The position numbers and the translations under genes are program-made. A stretch of 63,496 nt of DNA, the filler included, from Aduncisulcus paluster (taxonomy: Eukaryota), in the NCBI GenBank assembly GCA_024181965.1. It is 39 parts of 39 records of this genome, joined end to end, with 100 filler letters (N's around TTAATTAATTAA, not from the genome) between each part and the next. Parts side by side here need not be neighbours in the genome. Positions count along the whole stretch, not along the records: positions 21,365 to 23,441 come from BQXS01004456.1; positions 23,542 to 24,852 come from BQXS01004458.1; positions 24,953 to 26,115 come from BQXS01004461.1; positions 26,216 to 27,250 come from BQXS01004464.1; positions 27,351 to 29,368 come from BQXS01004468.1; positions 29,469 to 30,762 come from BQXS01004469.1; positions 30,863 to 32,683 come from BQXS01004470.1; positions 32,784 to 34,624 come from BQXS01004471.1; 31 more parts are not named here. One strand, written 5' to 3'. Of the stretch, positions 21,786 to 33,835 are shown one piece after another (the stretch's first letter is position 1; the number at the start of each line of letters is the position of its first letter). The notes beneath the pieces were generated by a model. The model ran no database searches. It saw only the letters and a program-made list of their open reading frames with translations, and was not told where the DNA came from.

Positions 21786-22991
21786 ATGTCTGATCTGTGT
21801 GCGCCCACCTTTGCCGATCTGGCGGCGCGGCTGGGATTTTCGTGTGACACCGCGGGTGGTCTCGCCGCGTTGCGCAGCCCATTCGCACTCGAGAACTGGA
21901 CGCTGCCCGTCCTGGAGCTGACGGTGATCGCGGGAGCCGTCTTGGCGCTGGTGTACGCGATCATCCGGCTACGGCGCCACAACGATCCCACGAACGTTGT
22001 GGTGTGGTTCGGAGCGATCGCCTATCTGTTGATCATCGAGCCGCCGCTGTACTTCCCCGGGGCGTTCGGCATCAGTGAGCACGTGGACACGATGTTCGCG
22101 CACAACGTATTTACGGTGGACTTTCTGTGGGGCCGACTNNNNNNNNNNNNNNNNNNNNNNNNNNNNNNNNNNNNNNNNNNNNNNNNNNNNNNNNNNATCT
22201 ACCCGATGATGGCCACCGTGGCCTTTGAGATTGTCAGGACACTCGGGGTTTTTCGCCGCCATGGCGCTTTGGCCGGAGCGGCCTGCGTTGGTTTGGTGCA
22301 TCATGCGTTCTACGAGATCTTCGACCACCTAGGCCCGCAATTGCGTTGGTGGGAATGGACTCTGGACAATCCGATGAACAAACCGTTCTTCGATTCGGTG
22401 CCGATGGGTAGTGTCGTGGTCTTCGCGGCACTGTGGCCGATGTCCCTGGCATTGTGTGCGCAGCTGTTTGTGGGCCGCCACGTGGACGAAGGACGATCCT
22501 TCACTCCCGGTCAGGTTGTCTGGCGCACAGTGGTTATAGGTGTGCTTGCCTCGATCGGTACCGCGGTGCTGCCACTGCCCGCGACCATTGCCGGTGCGGT
22601 ATCGGGCAGCACCACGGTCGTCGGCGTCGTGTACGCGCTGGAGCTGATCGTGCTGGTGGCGGTGGCGGTGCCCGTGCTCATCACACAGTGGCTCGCTGTG
22701 CGCCGCGACGGCACGAACGGCTACACCACGCATCCGGCCATCCTGATTTACGCCGGGGTCTATCTGGCAGTGATGACGCTGCTGTGGGCCACCGCGCTAC
22801 CCGGCTACTTCGGAGCAACGAATGGCGTTACCGCCAAGGGGGATCCCATCGGCAGTCTGTGGTACGCCGTGATGTGTCTGGGCGTCGCGGCGGCGTGCAC
22901 AGCCGCCGCCTGGACCGTCATCGCGCCTGTCCGTCGAGACGGCCTGCGCCGGGAGGTGCGCACAATAGCGGTCAGCACCGGCGAATTCTAG
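21786..22991 (+). CDS. Integral membrane protein of unknown function
   Basis: Multiple TM helices; YEIFDHLGPQLRWWEW motif. Confidence 0.8.
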   Translation: MSDLCAPTFADLAARLGFSCDTAGGLAALRSPFALENWTLPVLELTVIAGAVLALVYAIIRLRRHNDPTNVVVWFGAIAYLLIIEPPLYFPGAFGISEHVDTMFAHNVFTVDFLWGRXXXXXXXXXXXXXXXXXXXXIYPMMATVAFEIVRTLGVFRRHGALAGAACVGLVHHAFYEIFDHLGPQLRWWEWTLDNPMNKPFFDSVPMGSVVVFAALWPMSLALCAQLFVGRHVDEGRSFTPGQVVWRTVVIGVLASIGTAVLPLPATIAGAVSGSTTVVGVVYALELIVLVAVAVPVLITQWLAVRRDGTNGYTTHPAILIYAGVYLAVMTLLWATALPGYFGATNGVTAKGDPIGSLWYAVMCLGVAAACTAAAWTVIAPVRRDGLRREVRTIAVSTGEF

Positions 22992-23021
22992 AGCCAGCCT
23001 GGTCAATCTGGCGGGTCCAGA

Positions 23022-23441
23022 TTGTCCAAACCGGCTATGGCGTACCGGTTGCTTTCGGCTAGACACTCGGTGAATGCGGATGGCATCGACGCACCCGAAT
23101 GCTTGCTGGTGGTCTGGGGTAAGGCCGTGACACGCCCAAAGTTTCGCGGCGCGGAAGCGCGCTTGGATGAGCTGGAGTGGCAGGTCAATGCGGTCTGCCG
23201 CGGGATGTCGACGGACATCTTCTACTTCGCCGAAACGCAGCGCGGCACCTTGCGGAAGCAGTACGAGATACAGGCGAAAAAGATCTGCAACGAGTGCCCG
23301 GTGCGAATGCCGTGCGCGGCTTATGCGATAAGAACCGATGAACCGCATGGTGTTTGGGGTGCGATGACAACGCGCGAGCGCCGAATAGCTATGACGCGGT
23401 CACAGCGTAAGTCCGTCGCAGCGGATCAGCTCACATCTTGA
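23022..23441 (+). CDS. WhiB-family Fe-S transcription factor (start uncertain)
   Basis: AVC...AKKICNECPVRMPC...HGVWGAMTTRERR: four Cys plus GVWG. Confidence 0.9.
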   Translation: MSKPAMAYRLLSARHSVNADGIDAPECLLVVWGKAVTRPKFRGAEARLDELEWQVNAVCRGMSTDIFYFAETQRGTLRKQYEIQAKKICNECPVRMPCAAYAIRTDEPHGVWGAMTTRERRIAMTRSQRKSVAADQLTS

Positions 23442-23541
23442 NNNNNNNNNNNNNNNNNNNNNNNNNNNNNNNNNNNNNNNNNNNNTTAATTAATTAANNN
23501 NNNNNNNNNNNNNNNNNNNNNNNNNNNNNNNNNNNNNNNNN

Positions 23542-24852
23542 AGCACCCGACGCTGCAGCTGGCCATCCGGGAGAACCTCGGGGCGCTGGGCTCCGAACGC
23601 ACCGCCTGCGTGATCGGTACCTCCAACCGGAACGCACCAGATCTATCCGAGCTCACCGCCAACCTCGCCAACCTCGCCGTGCACGATCTCGGCTACAACT
23701 GGGATGCACTACGTACCGAGACATCCCCCGCCGTCTCGCTGCCGCTGCACGATTTCCCGAACGTGCAGAACAACGACATTCCGCTGTGGCTGTCGTACCG
23801 CTCGGCGGGCAGTGCGGTTTCGGTGCCGAACCAACCCGCGACCACGCCGAAACCTGATGCCGCGCAAGACAATATCGACTCGCGGGCCTACCCGCGACTC
23901 CTGCGCGAGGCATGGACCAAGGTGACCCGGCGCTCCATGATGTCGCCCAGGTCCTATGCATTCATAGACGCCTCCGGTGAGGCCGGCCCCCTGCTCGACG
24001 CCCTCCGTGACGGTGCGCCAGATTTCGGCTCGTCGGCCCAGATCGCCACCGACCCCCAGGAATCCGGTATCGGTGACGGCGACACCGTGGTCATCGTGCT
24101 CCCCACGTCGACTCAGCGTGGTGATCACGAGGCCGCCGATGCGGTGGCACAGTTCTTCGGCAACCGCACGTGGTGGCCCGAGCTGTCGAGCACTGTGACC
24201 GGATGCTGGCTCGTCACGGTCGGCGGCGAGCAGGTCGTCGCCGATGACGCGCCATCGCATCCCGTACCCGCCGCCATCGCCGCCGCCTTCCGCTGCATGG
24301 GCACCGAGCATCCCGGAGTCACCTTCCGGCATCTGGACATCACGCCCGATATCGCACGCCCGGACAACGCCGAAATCATCCTCGCCGCACTGCAATCGGN
24401 NNNNNNNNNNNNNNNNNNNNNNNNTGCAATCGGCCGGAGAATCGGAGCTGGCCTTGCGCGCCGATGGCATGTACGCCAAGCGCATCCAGGACGCAGACCA
24501 CGATGGTGACGCAAAGACCGCCACCCCGGTACCCGAGCACGTCGTGATCACCGGGGGCACCGGAAAACTCGGCCAAGAATTCTGCGAGCACTATGCCCGC
24601 CTGGGCACCCGTCAGATCACGTTGATCAGCCGTTCCGGCGAGACCGACGCGGTGACCGGACGCCTCGATGCCATCCGGCGCAGCACCGGCGCCACGGTTC
24701 GTGCACTCCGCTGCGATGTGACCGATCCGGGTGCCGTCGCCGAACTCGCCGCTCAGCTGGCCGAAGCACCCGCGGACCTCATCATCCATGCCGCGGTGGA
24801 CTATTCGGATATCCCGCTCGCCGAGGTCACTGCCGATAAGTTCCAGGAGGCG
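23542..24852 (+). CDS. mbtD: Type I PKS AT-KR fragment, resembling mycobactin MbtD
   Basis: HPTLQLAIRENL end of AT domain; KR VVITGGTGKLG, CDVTD, IIHAA; gene symbol inferred. Confidence 0.65.
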
Positions 24853-24952
24853 NNNNNNNNNNNNNNNNNNNNNNNNNNNNNNNNNNNNNNNNNNNNTTAA
24901 TTAATTAANNNNNNNNNNNNNNNNNNNNNNNNNNNNNNNNNNNNNNNNNNNN

Positions 24953-26039
24953 GCACTATCGCCTGGCCTCACTGCCGCGGCATGCCGGCCCGTTGCTGCG
25001 CTACTGGTGGAACTCGACGCCCGAGCGGCACCGCGAAGCCACCCTCGCCTGGGCGCGGCTGATCGCCCACGCCACAGCAGAGCACGACACGCTGATCCGC
25101 GATGCCCATGCCGACAATCTGATCCGCCGCGCCGGCTATCGCCTGCTGCATCGCGACCCGGCTGCGCTAGAGCAGGCGATCGCGGTCGCAGAAGAGAACC
25201 GGCGCGAGTTCGGCGTGCAGTTTCGCGTGCTCGACGGCCGCGAGCTCGCCAAGGCTGAGACGTTGCTGCGCGACGACCTGCCCGGCGCCATCCACTGGCT
25301 CGGGCCGTGGACCACGTCGGACCCCGGCGGTCTAGTTTCCGCCTATGCCGGATTGTTCGAACATCTCGGCGGCACGCTCTTGCACGGCGACGCGCAGACG
25401 CTGACCGAGACGACCGCCGGCTGGTCGGTCGATACCAATAGCGGCCGGATCGATGCCGCAAACGTCGTGGTCGCGCTGGGACCGTGGTCACCGCAATTGC
25501 TGGGCAAGTTCGGCTACCGGATCCCGCTGGTGCGCAAGCGCGGCTACCACATGCACTATCAGGGCGGCCGCTCGCTCGACCTGCCGCTGGTGGACAGCGC
25601 CAATGGCTACGCGATGGCGCCGATGACCAAAGGCATCCGNNNNNNNNNNNNNNNNNNNNNNNNNNNNNNNNNNNNNNNNNNNNNNNNNNNNNNNNNNNNN
25701 NNNNNNNNNNNNNNNNNNNNNNNNNNCGGCGCGGAGCTCACCAGTCCGGACGCGCCCGCGACGCCGATCCAGCTCGGCTACGCCGAAGCCGCCGCACGGC
25801 AACTGATCGAGATCGGCAGTCGCGTCGAGCCCGAACCCTGGTTCGGCACCCGCCCCTGCACGACCGACATGCTGCCGGTGCTCGGGCCGGCGCCGCGCCA
25901 TCGTGGGCTGTGGGTCAATTTCGGTCACGGCCATCAGGGCTTCACGCTCGGCCCGGCGACCGCGCGGGTGCTCGCCGAAACGATGAACGGCGAGGCATCC
26001 TCGGTGGACACCTCGCCGTATCGGATAGACCGCTTTTGA
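24953..26039 (+). CDS. FAD-dependent D-amino-acid dehydrogenase-like oxidoreductase (Bradyrhizobium-like)
   Basis: VVVALGPWS, KRGYH, WFGTRPCTTDMLPVLG, FGHGHQGFTLGPAT. Confidence 0.88.
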
Positions 26040-26091
26040 CGTTGAACTGAAGCCTGATGAGATCAGGTTGAGCTGGAACGGCGTCGAGTTC

Positions 26092-26111
26092 ACCTCTCCC
26101 TTGGGAGAGGT
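26092..26111. repeat. REP-like palindrome (rhizobial type)
   Basis: ACCTCTCCC-TT-GGGAGAGGT downstream of the stop codon. Confidence 0.55.
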
Positions 26112-26215
26112 CGATNNNNNNNNNNNNNNNNNNNNNNNNNNNNNNNNNNNNNNNNNNNNTTAATTAATTAANNNNNNNNNNNNNNNNNNNNNNNNNNNNN
26201 NNNNNNNNNNNNNNN

Positions 26216-26851
26216 CCCATCGTGCTGCAGCGGCGAAACACCGACGAGCGGCAGTGCCACCGCCAAGAGCGCGATATGCAAAGGCACCGGCGGCCTGGGT
26301 AAATCGACAATCAACAACTTCCGTGCCGCCCTGGTCCCTGCCGCGAAGACCCGAGCGGCAAGCTCAGGCGGCAGATGGTGCAGGGACAACGCGAATATCG
26401 CAAGGTCGTAATGCCCTTCCGGCGCATCGATTTCGGTGGCATCCATTTCTCGAACGGTCGCGCGCGGGTGGCTACCGATTTCACTGGCCGCCACCGCAGC
26501 CACAAAGCTGGGATCGATATCGGTGACCGTCACCTGGGCAGTGGCATGCATTTCCAACAGCTTGTGTGACAGCCCCCCGAGACCTGCGCCCAGTTCGAGG
26601 ATCTTCGGACAGTCCACATCGGCAACCTCGCGCAGTGCCATTCGAGCACATTTCTCGTGGATTCCGATGCGTCGCCGCCGCCCGGCACGGTCGAGTGAAT
26701 GCATGACCTTGCGCTTGAGATCGTCGACATCGTCACGGTCCAGATACTCCAGCCGACTGGTCTGCAATCGCCGGTCCAGCCAGGAAGCGTCCGGGCCGCC
26801 CCGAGGCATCCTGGAAATATCGCGGGCACTGTTCTCCACGTAGAACATCAT
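26216..26851 (-). CDS. Class I SAM-dependent methyltransferase, 3' truncated
   Basis: ILELGAGLG motif I, VTDID, FALSLHHL. Confidence 0.88.
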
Positions 26852-27399
26852 GGATCACGGCGGCGCCGCCCGGTGCACCTGTCGCGAAATCAAATGCCGT
26901 GCAGGGCAGAAAAAGTGCAAGATCTATCCAGTAATAGCGCCGCGCGCCGCGGCAAAGATTTGGGGCCGCTCGTCAGTCAGATTGCAGGCCGTCACCGCGG
27001 ATCAGATTTTGCCACAACATCTCCATGAAGCGGCTAGGCTCCGGACCTATTCGGTTGGTGTGAGTTCGGCCGAGCAGCCGCCAGAAATGCGTTGCAACTG
27101 GGCCATGCGTATATCCAAATCCATTGCCGCTCACAGTGTGAAACAGTCGACGCATGGTCGATAACGAAGGAGTCTGATCGGTGCCAGGGCAGATGCGTCG
27201 TATGCGCGAATCCTTGAGCAGACGGCGTAGATCCAAAAACGCTGTACAGANNNNNNNNNNNNNNNNNNNNNNNNNNNNNNNNNNNNNNNNNNNNTTAATT
27301 AATTAANNNNNNNNNNNNNNNNNNNNNNNNNNNNNNNNNNNNNNNNNNNNAAAAGAAAAAATCTTTTTGGCTTTTGAAGAAAATTGGTAAAAATACCGA

Positions 27400-27789
27400 T
27401 TATCTTTTTGAGAACTGAGGAGATCTTCTCGCTTTTCTTTTCCCTGGCTTCTTTCTTTCAACAACTCTCGCGTCTCTAGTAAGTAAACCATGAGGTTTAA
27501 TGATTGCTCTGAATTGCTCATCATAAGCAACTAAAGCTCTTGAGATACCATGTCTTAAAGCATCAGCTTGTGCAGAATATCCACCACCTAATGTTTTAGC
27601 TACGATATTTACAGATTCTAATTGTTTAGAAACTTCTAGTGGTTGTCTAACTCTTTTTTTAAGAGCTTCGTGACCACCAAGCCATACATTTAATGCTACA
27701 CCATTAACTGTGATTTCACCTGTACCAACTTCTAACCATACTTTAGCTATTGCTGATTTTCTTCTTCCTGTTGCGTATACTTTTGCCAT
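27400..27789 (-). CDS. rpsI: 30S ribosomal protein S9
   Basis: YATGRRK...GGGYSAQA...[18 protein letters not shown]. Confidence 0.99.
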   Translation of the reverse strand: MAKVYATGRRKSAIAKVWLEVGTGEITVNGVALNVWLGGHEALKKRVRQPLEVSKQLESVNIVAKTLGGGYSAQADALRHGISRALVAYDEQFRAIIKPHGLLTRDARVVERKKPGKRKARRSPQFSKR

Positions 27790-27792
27790 TTA

Positions 27793-28353
27793 TTATCCTT
27801 GTACCTGTGCAGTATGAGGGTGATCTGCACCATCATAAACTTTTAAGTTTTTAAGTATTTTTGCACCTAATTTTGTTTTTGGTAACATACCTCTAGTAGC
27901 TAGTTTAAATAACTTTTCTGGGTTATTTTCTAACATATCAGACATTTTATGAGTCTTTGTAGAACCAAAGTGTCCTGAGTGTGTAAAGTAGTTTTTATCT
28001 GCTAATTTAGCACCNNNNNNNNNNNNNNNNNNNNNNNNNNNNNNNNNNNNNNNNNNNNNNNNNNNNNNNNNNNNNNNNNNNNNNNNNNNNNNNNNNNNNN
28101 NNNNNNNNNNNNNNNNNNNNNNNNNNNNNNNNNNNNNNNNNNNNNNNNNNNNNNNNNNNNNNNNNNNNNNNNNNNNNNNNNNNNNNNNNNNNNNNNNNNN
28201 NNNNNNNNNNNNNNNNNNNNNNGAAGGTTTATTTTTCCCTCTTAATATTGTAGCAACTTCTGTAATTAGTCTACCAAAAATTCTATCAGTAGCGTCAATT
28301 ACAATCCAGTCTTTTTTAACATCTACTTGATGTATACTTTGTGTAAATTTCAT
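27793..28353 (-). CDS. rplM: 50S ribosomal protein L13 (gapped)
   Basis: WIVIDA...[31 protein letters not shown]. Confidence 0.98.
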   Translation of the reverse strand: MKFTQSIHQVDVKKDWIVIDATDRIFGRLITEVATILRGKNKPXXXXXXXXXXXXXXXXXXXXXXXXXXXXXXXXXXXXXXXXXXXXXXXXXXXXXXXXXXXXXXXXXXXXXXGAKLADKNYFTHSGHFGSTKTHKMSDMLENNPEKLFKLATRGMLPKTKLGAKILKNLKVYDGADHPHTAQVQG

Positions 28354-28485
28354 ATGAAATATATCCTTTCTTAAAAATAAGTTCGGAATAATAGGTTAAT
28401 AAAGCTTATATAAGGCTTAAATTAAGTGTTTTAAAAGTTTAAATTTTCAAACTCTTTTTTTAGTAAATTTTCAATATAATAACAT

Positions 28486-29368
28486 ATGTTTAATAAAGAA
28501 TTTTTAAAAACCCTAACCGTACTTTATGTGGAAGATGATGACACTGTTCGTTCATCTTTATCCAACCTTCTTGAGAAAGTTTTTCTCAATGTAATTATCT
28601 GTAAAGATGGAGAAGAGGGACTCAATCAATTTAAATCTTTAACACAAGAACAACGAACGAAAATAGATGTTGTTGTTAGTGATATTAATATGCCTATAAA
28701 AAACGGTATAGAATTAGCTCAAGAAATAAGAGCATTAGATGCTGATATTCCTATTATTTTTACAACTGCTCATGCCAAAGCCAAAGACCTGATGGAAGCG
28801 ATACATTTAAAGATATCTTACTATGCACTCAAACCAATCAACACAACAGAACTTTTAGATAATATTTCAAAATTCTGTATGNNNNNNNNNNNNNNNNNNN
28901 NNNNNNNNNNNNNNGTTATTTTAGAAAAATCTGCGCAGATTACAAAATATACATCAATTATTGATAATATAGCATCAATTTTCAAAGTTGATACAAGTGG
29001 AAATATTATTGAGGTCAATGACTTGATGTGTGAAATTTCTGAATATACACAAGAGGAACTTCTTTCAATGCATCTTGATACTATACTCAATAAAGAAACC
29101 ACTTCTATAAAAACATTTCAAGATACTTTGAGTTTAATAGACAATAATGATTTATTTAAAACAAAGTTAAAATGTATTTCAAAATCTGGTGGTACATTTT
29201 ACTTAAATTCTACAATTATTATTTCTAAAAACGAATATTCAGAAGAGATAGAAGAGTATATTTATATCTGTATTGATCAAACAGAAGATGAACTGGAAAA
29301 GCAACAAACTATGCAAAGAGTACGAAAAAATATGATTTTGCAAAGAACAAAAGAATCAGAACTCCTCA
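28486..29368 (+). CDS. Response regulator receiver + PAS domain protein
   Basis: LYVEDD, SDINMP..NG, FTTAH, LKP; PAS NDLMCEISEYTQEEL. Confidence 0.88.
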
Positions 29369-29468
29369 NNNNNNNNNNNNNNNNNNNNNNNNNNNNNNNN
29401 NNNNNNNNNNNNTTAATTAATTAANNNNNNNNNNNNNNNNNNNNNNNNNNNNNNNNNNNNNNNNNNNN

Positions 29469-30551
29469 TAATTACATCACAAGGGATATCTGCAATATTT
29501 TCGATAGACTCAATTGTTGCATTTGCTTGAGCTTCTATAAGTTCTGCAAAAGTTAAACCATCAACATATTCTAAGTCGTCAAAACCATCCAAAGTATTTT
29601 TAGGAATTATAGTCTCTTCCTCAAAATCATTTACTTTAACAAAAGTAACTGTTTTATCTCTTTTCCCTTCTGCTATTAATTGCAGAAAAGAGTGTTGGTC
29701 AACTGGACCTATTAATCCTATTGGAGTTAAAGCTTGTGCTGTTCCATTTACATTTATCTTCCCTAAGCTTTCACCCCAGAGTTGTATATACCATTTGTTA
29801 AATCCTTCCAATGATGAAGAATAGCTAAAAAGTACATTAATATTAAATCGTGTTTTATTTTCAACTAAAAAGCGTGCTTTTTGCATAAGTGGTTCATAGA
29901 ATTCTGTTTGTTCAAAAAAACTATCTCGAACTTTTTTTGCACCATGAAGTAAATTATCAATATCAACACCAATAATAGATAAAGGGAGTAATCCAACAGC
30001 AGAAAAAACAGAAAATCTCCCACCTACATTTTCAGGGATTTCAAATGTTTGCATATCGTGTTTTTGTGCATACTTTGTTAGTTTACTATCAGTTTCACTT
30101 ACAATTACACAATTGTTTTTATCAATTTTTATAAGAGTATGAAAATATTTAAATAAACTAATTGTTTCAATTGTTGTACCCGACTTACTGATAACAATAA
30201 ATAAAGTATCTTCTAAATCTAAGTTATCAAGTCTTGAGCGTATATCCATAGGATCTGTTGATTCAAAAAAATGAAGTTTTTTCTCATAATCATTTGCTTT
30301 TCNNNNNNNNNNNNNNNNNNNNNNNNNNNNNNNNNNNNNNNNNNNNNNNNNNNNNNNNNNNNNNNNAAAGTACTTCCTCCTATACCTATAATAGCTATAT
30401 GTTTTTGTTTTACTGTTGAAGCAAACTCTTTATAAATTGTAGTATTTTGAAGAGGTAGATTATAATAACCTATTTCCTGAACCTCCTCTTTAATACCTTC
30501 AAAAATCGTTTTATTTGATTTTATTTGATAAAAGTTTTTATGATATTGCAT
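29469..30551 (-). CDS. pgi: Glucose-6-phosphate isomerase (gapped)
   Basis: IGIGGS, ISKSGTTIET, VGGRFSV, QLWGESLGK, DQHSFLQ. Confidence 0.96.
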
Positions 30552-30553
30552 AC

Positions 30554-30762
30554 TTACCCTTTATTGTAAAAATAATTTGTAGCTTCAACAAAACCATCAA
30601 CACTTCCACAATCAAATCTTTTCCCTTCAAATTTATATGCTAATACTTTCCCCTCTTTTGCCAAAGTCATAAGCGCATCAGTTATTTGTATCTCTCCACC
30701 TTTACCAGGTTTTGTAGTTTTAATCACTTCAAAAATCTCTGGAGTTAAAATATATCTCCCTA
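30554..30762 (-). CDS. galU: UTP--glucose-1-phosphate uridylyltransferase C-terminus
   Basis: Hand translation GRYILTPEIF...PGKGGEIQITDAL...RFDCGSVDGFVEATN. Confidence 0.92.
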
Positions 30763-30862
30763 NNNNNNNNNNNNNNNNNNNNNNNNNNNNNNNNNNNNNN
30801 NNNNNNTTAATTAATTAANNNNNNNNNNNNNNNNNNNNNNNNNNNNNNNNNNNNNNNNNNNN

Positions 30863-31536
30863 TTATCATCACATTTTTTGACACTATCTTCAAAAAAGAA
30901 TTGTAGATTCTGCTCATCAAAAAACTTCTCATTTGTATCATAAAATACTATTTTATGGTCTTGTATATAAAGTATGTCATATTTTAATTTATACGCTAGA
31001 TTGAGATTATGTGTGATGATGATTTTATTTTGAAGTATTGTATTATCTTCTAAAACTTGAAAACTGTTTTTTATCTTTTGTGGGTCTAGATTTGATGTAG
31101 GTTCATCAAAAATGGTGTATTTTGCATTGTGGAGTATTGCACTTGCTAGAAGTAGGAGTTGTGCTTCACCACTACTAAGTGTTTTGCATTTTTTATCTTT
31201 GATATATCCACAATTTACTAACTTTAAAACTTCATTGATACTTATATCACTATAGAGTTGATTGAGTTTTAAAAATTCCTCTACACTCATAAACTCATCA
31301 TACATTTCAAGTTTTGGTGGAATATAATTAATCAACTGTGTTCTTTTTTCTCCATAAACAGTAGCTAGGTTTTTATCATCTATAGTTACACAAGAGCTTT
31401 TTGTAACTCCTGATAATACTTTTGCCAAAGTTGTTTTTCCTGCACCGTTTGAACCTAAGATGATAAGGTTTTTATTTTCAAGTGTAAAAGATATATCATG
31501 CAATATATCACTATTATAGTTACTTATTTTTAACAT
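30863..31536 (-). CDS. ABC transporter ATPase (cobalamin/iron type)
   Basis: GSNGAGKTT, LSSGEAQ, FDEPTSNLD, HNLNLA. Confidence 0.9.
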
Positions 31537-32245
31537 CTTGCAAAAATCCTTTGAAATCTTCTAAAAAGTATATAAGTCTATGGCTACTTATTCCGGCATA
31601 TTCTTTGTCCAAAACATATATAGCTTTTGTTTNNNNNNNNNNNNNNNNNNNNTTAGCTGCACTTATAGGTAAATCTAGCCAAGGTTTAATCAGTTGCTCT
31701 TTTGTGAGTTGTTTTTGTTTTCTAAATGGTGATAGAAGTATCACAATGTCTGCATCTGTAGCGATAATATTTTCCATATTCAAAATAGGCTGACCAGCTC
31801 TTTTACTTTGAAAAGCATTTGTGTTTCCACTTTNNNNNNNNNNNNNNNNNNNNNNNNNNNNNNNNNNNNNNNNNNNNCCTGCTACAAAGATACGACTATC
31901 AAGTTTTAGGTTATGACCTATGACAAAAAGTATTTTTTTATCTTTGAGTATATTTTTTGTTTGATAGAGTTTTGTTTCAAGAGATAAAAGTATCTCTTGA
32001 GCTTTTGAAGATTTATCTAAAATGAGCCCTATTTGAACAATAGTATCTTTGATATCTTGTAAAGTTGTCAGTTTTACTACTTTTGTTTTGATACCTAGTT
32101 TTTGAAGTTTTTTTGAGAGTTTTATACTACTGTTTTGCATGATTACAAGCTCAGGTTTAAGTGAAAGAATTTTTTCCAAAGAGGGAGAAAAATATCCTCC
32201 AACTTTTGGTTTGTTTTTTGCATCTTCTGGATAATTGCAAAATGT
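31520..32245 (-). CDS. Periplasmic binding protein, BtuF-like
   Basis: FCNYPEDAK..PKVGGY..PSLEKILSLKPELVI. Confidence 0.85.
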   Translation of the reverse strand, partial: TFCNYPEDAKNKPKVGGYFSPSLEKILSLKPELVIMQNSSIKLSKKLQKLGIKTKVVKLTTLQDIKDTIVQIGLILDKSSKAQEILLSLETKLYQTKNILKDKKILFVIGHNLKLDSRIFVAXXXXXXXXXXXXXXXXSGNTNAFQSKRAGQPILNMENIIATDADIVILLSPFRKQKQLTKEQLIKPWLDLPISAAXXXXXXXXTKAIYVLDKEYAGISSHRLIYFLEDFKGFLQDVKNK

Positions 32246-32335
32246 NNNNNNNNNNNNNNNNNNNNNNNNNNNNNNNNNNNNNNNNNNNNNNNNNNNNNNN
32301 NNNNNNNNNNNNNNNNNNNNNNNNNNNNNNNNNNN

Positions 32336-32684
32336 ATCACTTTCATATCTACCTCCTACATACTCACCATTGAGCCCAATATGAAGTTTGTCGATACCAT
32401 AATAATCAATTCCAAATTTAAAAGTATCTTTAGCTCTTCTTCTTAGATACTCGCCATCCTCATTTTTTGCACTCAGTCTTGTGTAAGCCAAAGACAATAA
32501 AGTATCTGAAAATATCTCTTTTTTATAATCAAGCTCTATCCCTTTAAAAGTAGATTTACCTTCAAGATTTTGATATTTGTTATTTTCCCAATCTATTAAA
32601 TCTGTAACTTTACTATAAAAATATGTGAGAACTAAACCTTTATACCCAAAAGAGATATCAGCACTTTTCGTATCTTCTGGATTN
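32336..32684 (-). CDS. TonB-dependent receptor C-terminal barrel fragment (BtuB-like)
   Basis: Beta-strand pattern, LRRRAKD, EYVGGRY; upstream of the BtuF-like and ATPase genes. Confidence 0.75.
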
Positions 32685-32783
32685 NNNNNNNNNNNNNNNN
32701 NNNNNNNNNNNNNNNNNNNNNNNNNNNTTAATTAATTAANNNNNNNNNNNNNNNNNNNNNNNNNNNNNNNNNNNNNNNNNNNN

Positions 32784-32946
32784 AAAGAATATCAACATCA
32801 AAACGAGTTAACGCTTTACTCAAATTTCTTTTTAACTCTTCTGGTGTATTACCAAATTCATCAGGGTCAGTAATAAGATAAGATATAAAAAAAGGAGACT
32901 TCGATGAAGCCTCCTTTTTGATTGTATGCCATGTCACTTCTTTCAT
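32784..32946 (-). CDS. Thiamine-phosphate synthase/TenI-like N-terminus
   Basis: SYLITDP motif; start uncertain. Confidence 0.5.
32889..32919 (-). terminator. Terminator-like hairpin downstream of atpB
   Basis: AAAAAGGAGACTTC-GAT-GAAGCCTCCTTTTT with a U-tract on the minus strand. Confidence 0.6.
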
Positions 32947-32986
32947 GACCCATACTAAATTAATATAACATCAAGTCATATTAAAT

Positions 32987-33686
32987 TTAGTGATCCTCTT
33001 CCGCTAACATAACTGAACCAGAAATATAAACATAAGTAAGAATCATAAAAATAAATGCTTGTAAAATACCAAAAGCAAATAATAAAAAGAATCCTGATAA
33101 AGGTGCAATCCAAGGTACTAACATAAGAAGAACCATTAGGAACATATCATCACCTTTGATTCCTCCAAAAAGTCTGAATGATAATGAAACAACTCTTGAA
33201 AGATGAGAGATAAGCTCAATAGGGAACATCAATGGTGCAAGTGCAGGAACAGGTCCCATCATGTGACCAAAATATTTACCGATACCATTAATTTTAATAC
33301 CAAGGTAGTTGTAGTATACAAAAACAATAACTGCTAGTGCAAGTGTAAAGTTAATATTNNNNNNNNNNNNNNNNNNNNACTGATTCAAAACCTGGAATAA
33401 CACCCATTAAGTTTCCTGTAACAATTAACAATCCTAATGTTGCAATTAAAGGCATAAACCTTTTTGCATTCTCTTTACCCATACTATCTGCACCAATAGA
33501 AACTACACCTTGAATGTAAGCCTCCATAACATTTTGCGTACCAGTTGGAACTAAAGCCATTTTTCTTGTAGCCATTCGTGCAATCAATAAAACGATAACT
33601 GCTGCAAGTATTAAGTGAGCCCCAATGTGTGGTAATTGGTCATGACCTACTAATTCACCTAAGAATGTAAATAATCTACCTTCCAT
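32987..33686 (-). CDS. atpB: F0F1 ATP synthase subunit a
   Basis: [25 protein letters not shown]; split by an N gap. Confidence 0.97.
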
Positions 33687-33835
33687 CTATTTTCCTTTTG
33701 TCTGTAATTAATTATCTCTCTATGAGAATTNNNNNNNNNNNNNNNNNNNNNNNNNNNNNNNNNNNNNNNNTATTTTATAAAAGCTTTTTTATTAAGATTG
33801 TATTATAATAGGATATACGATTTTATAGGAATTTA

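Noticed and set aside
31520-32497. Apparent TonB receptor-periplasmic binding protein fusion
   Set aside because: Read-through across an N gap; these are two normal genes
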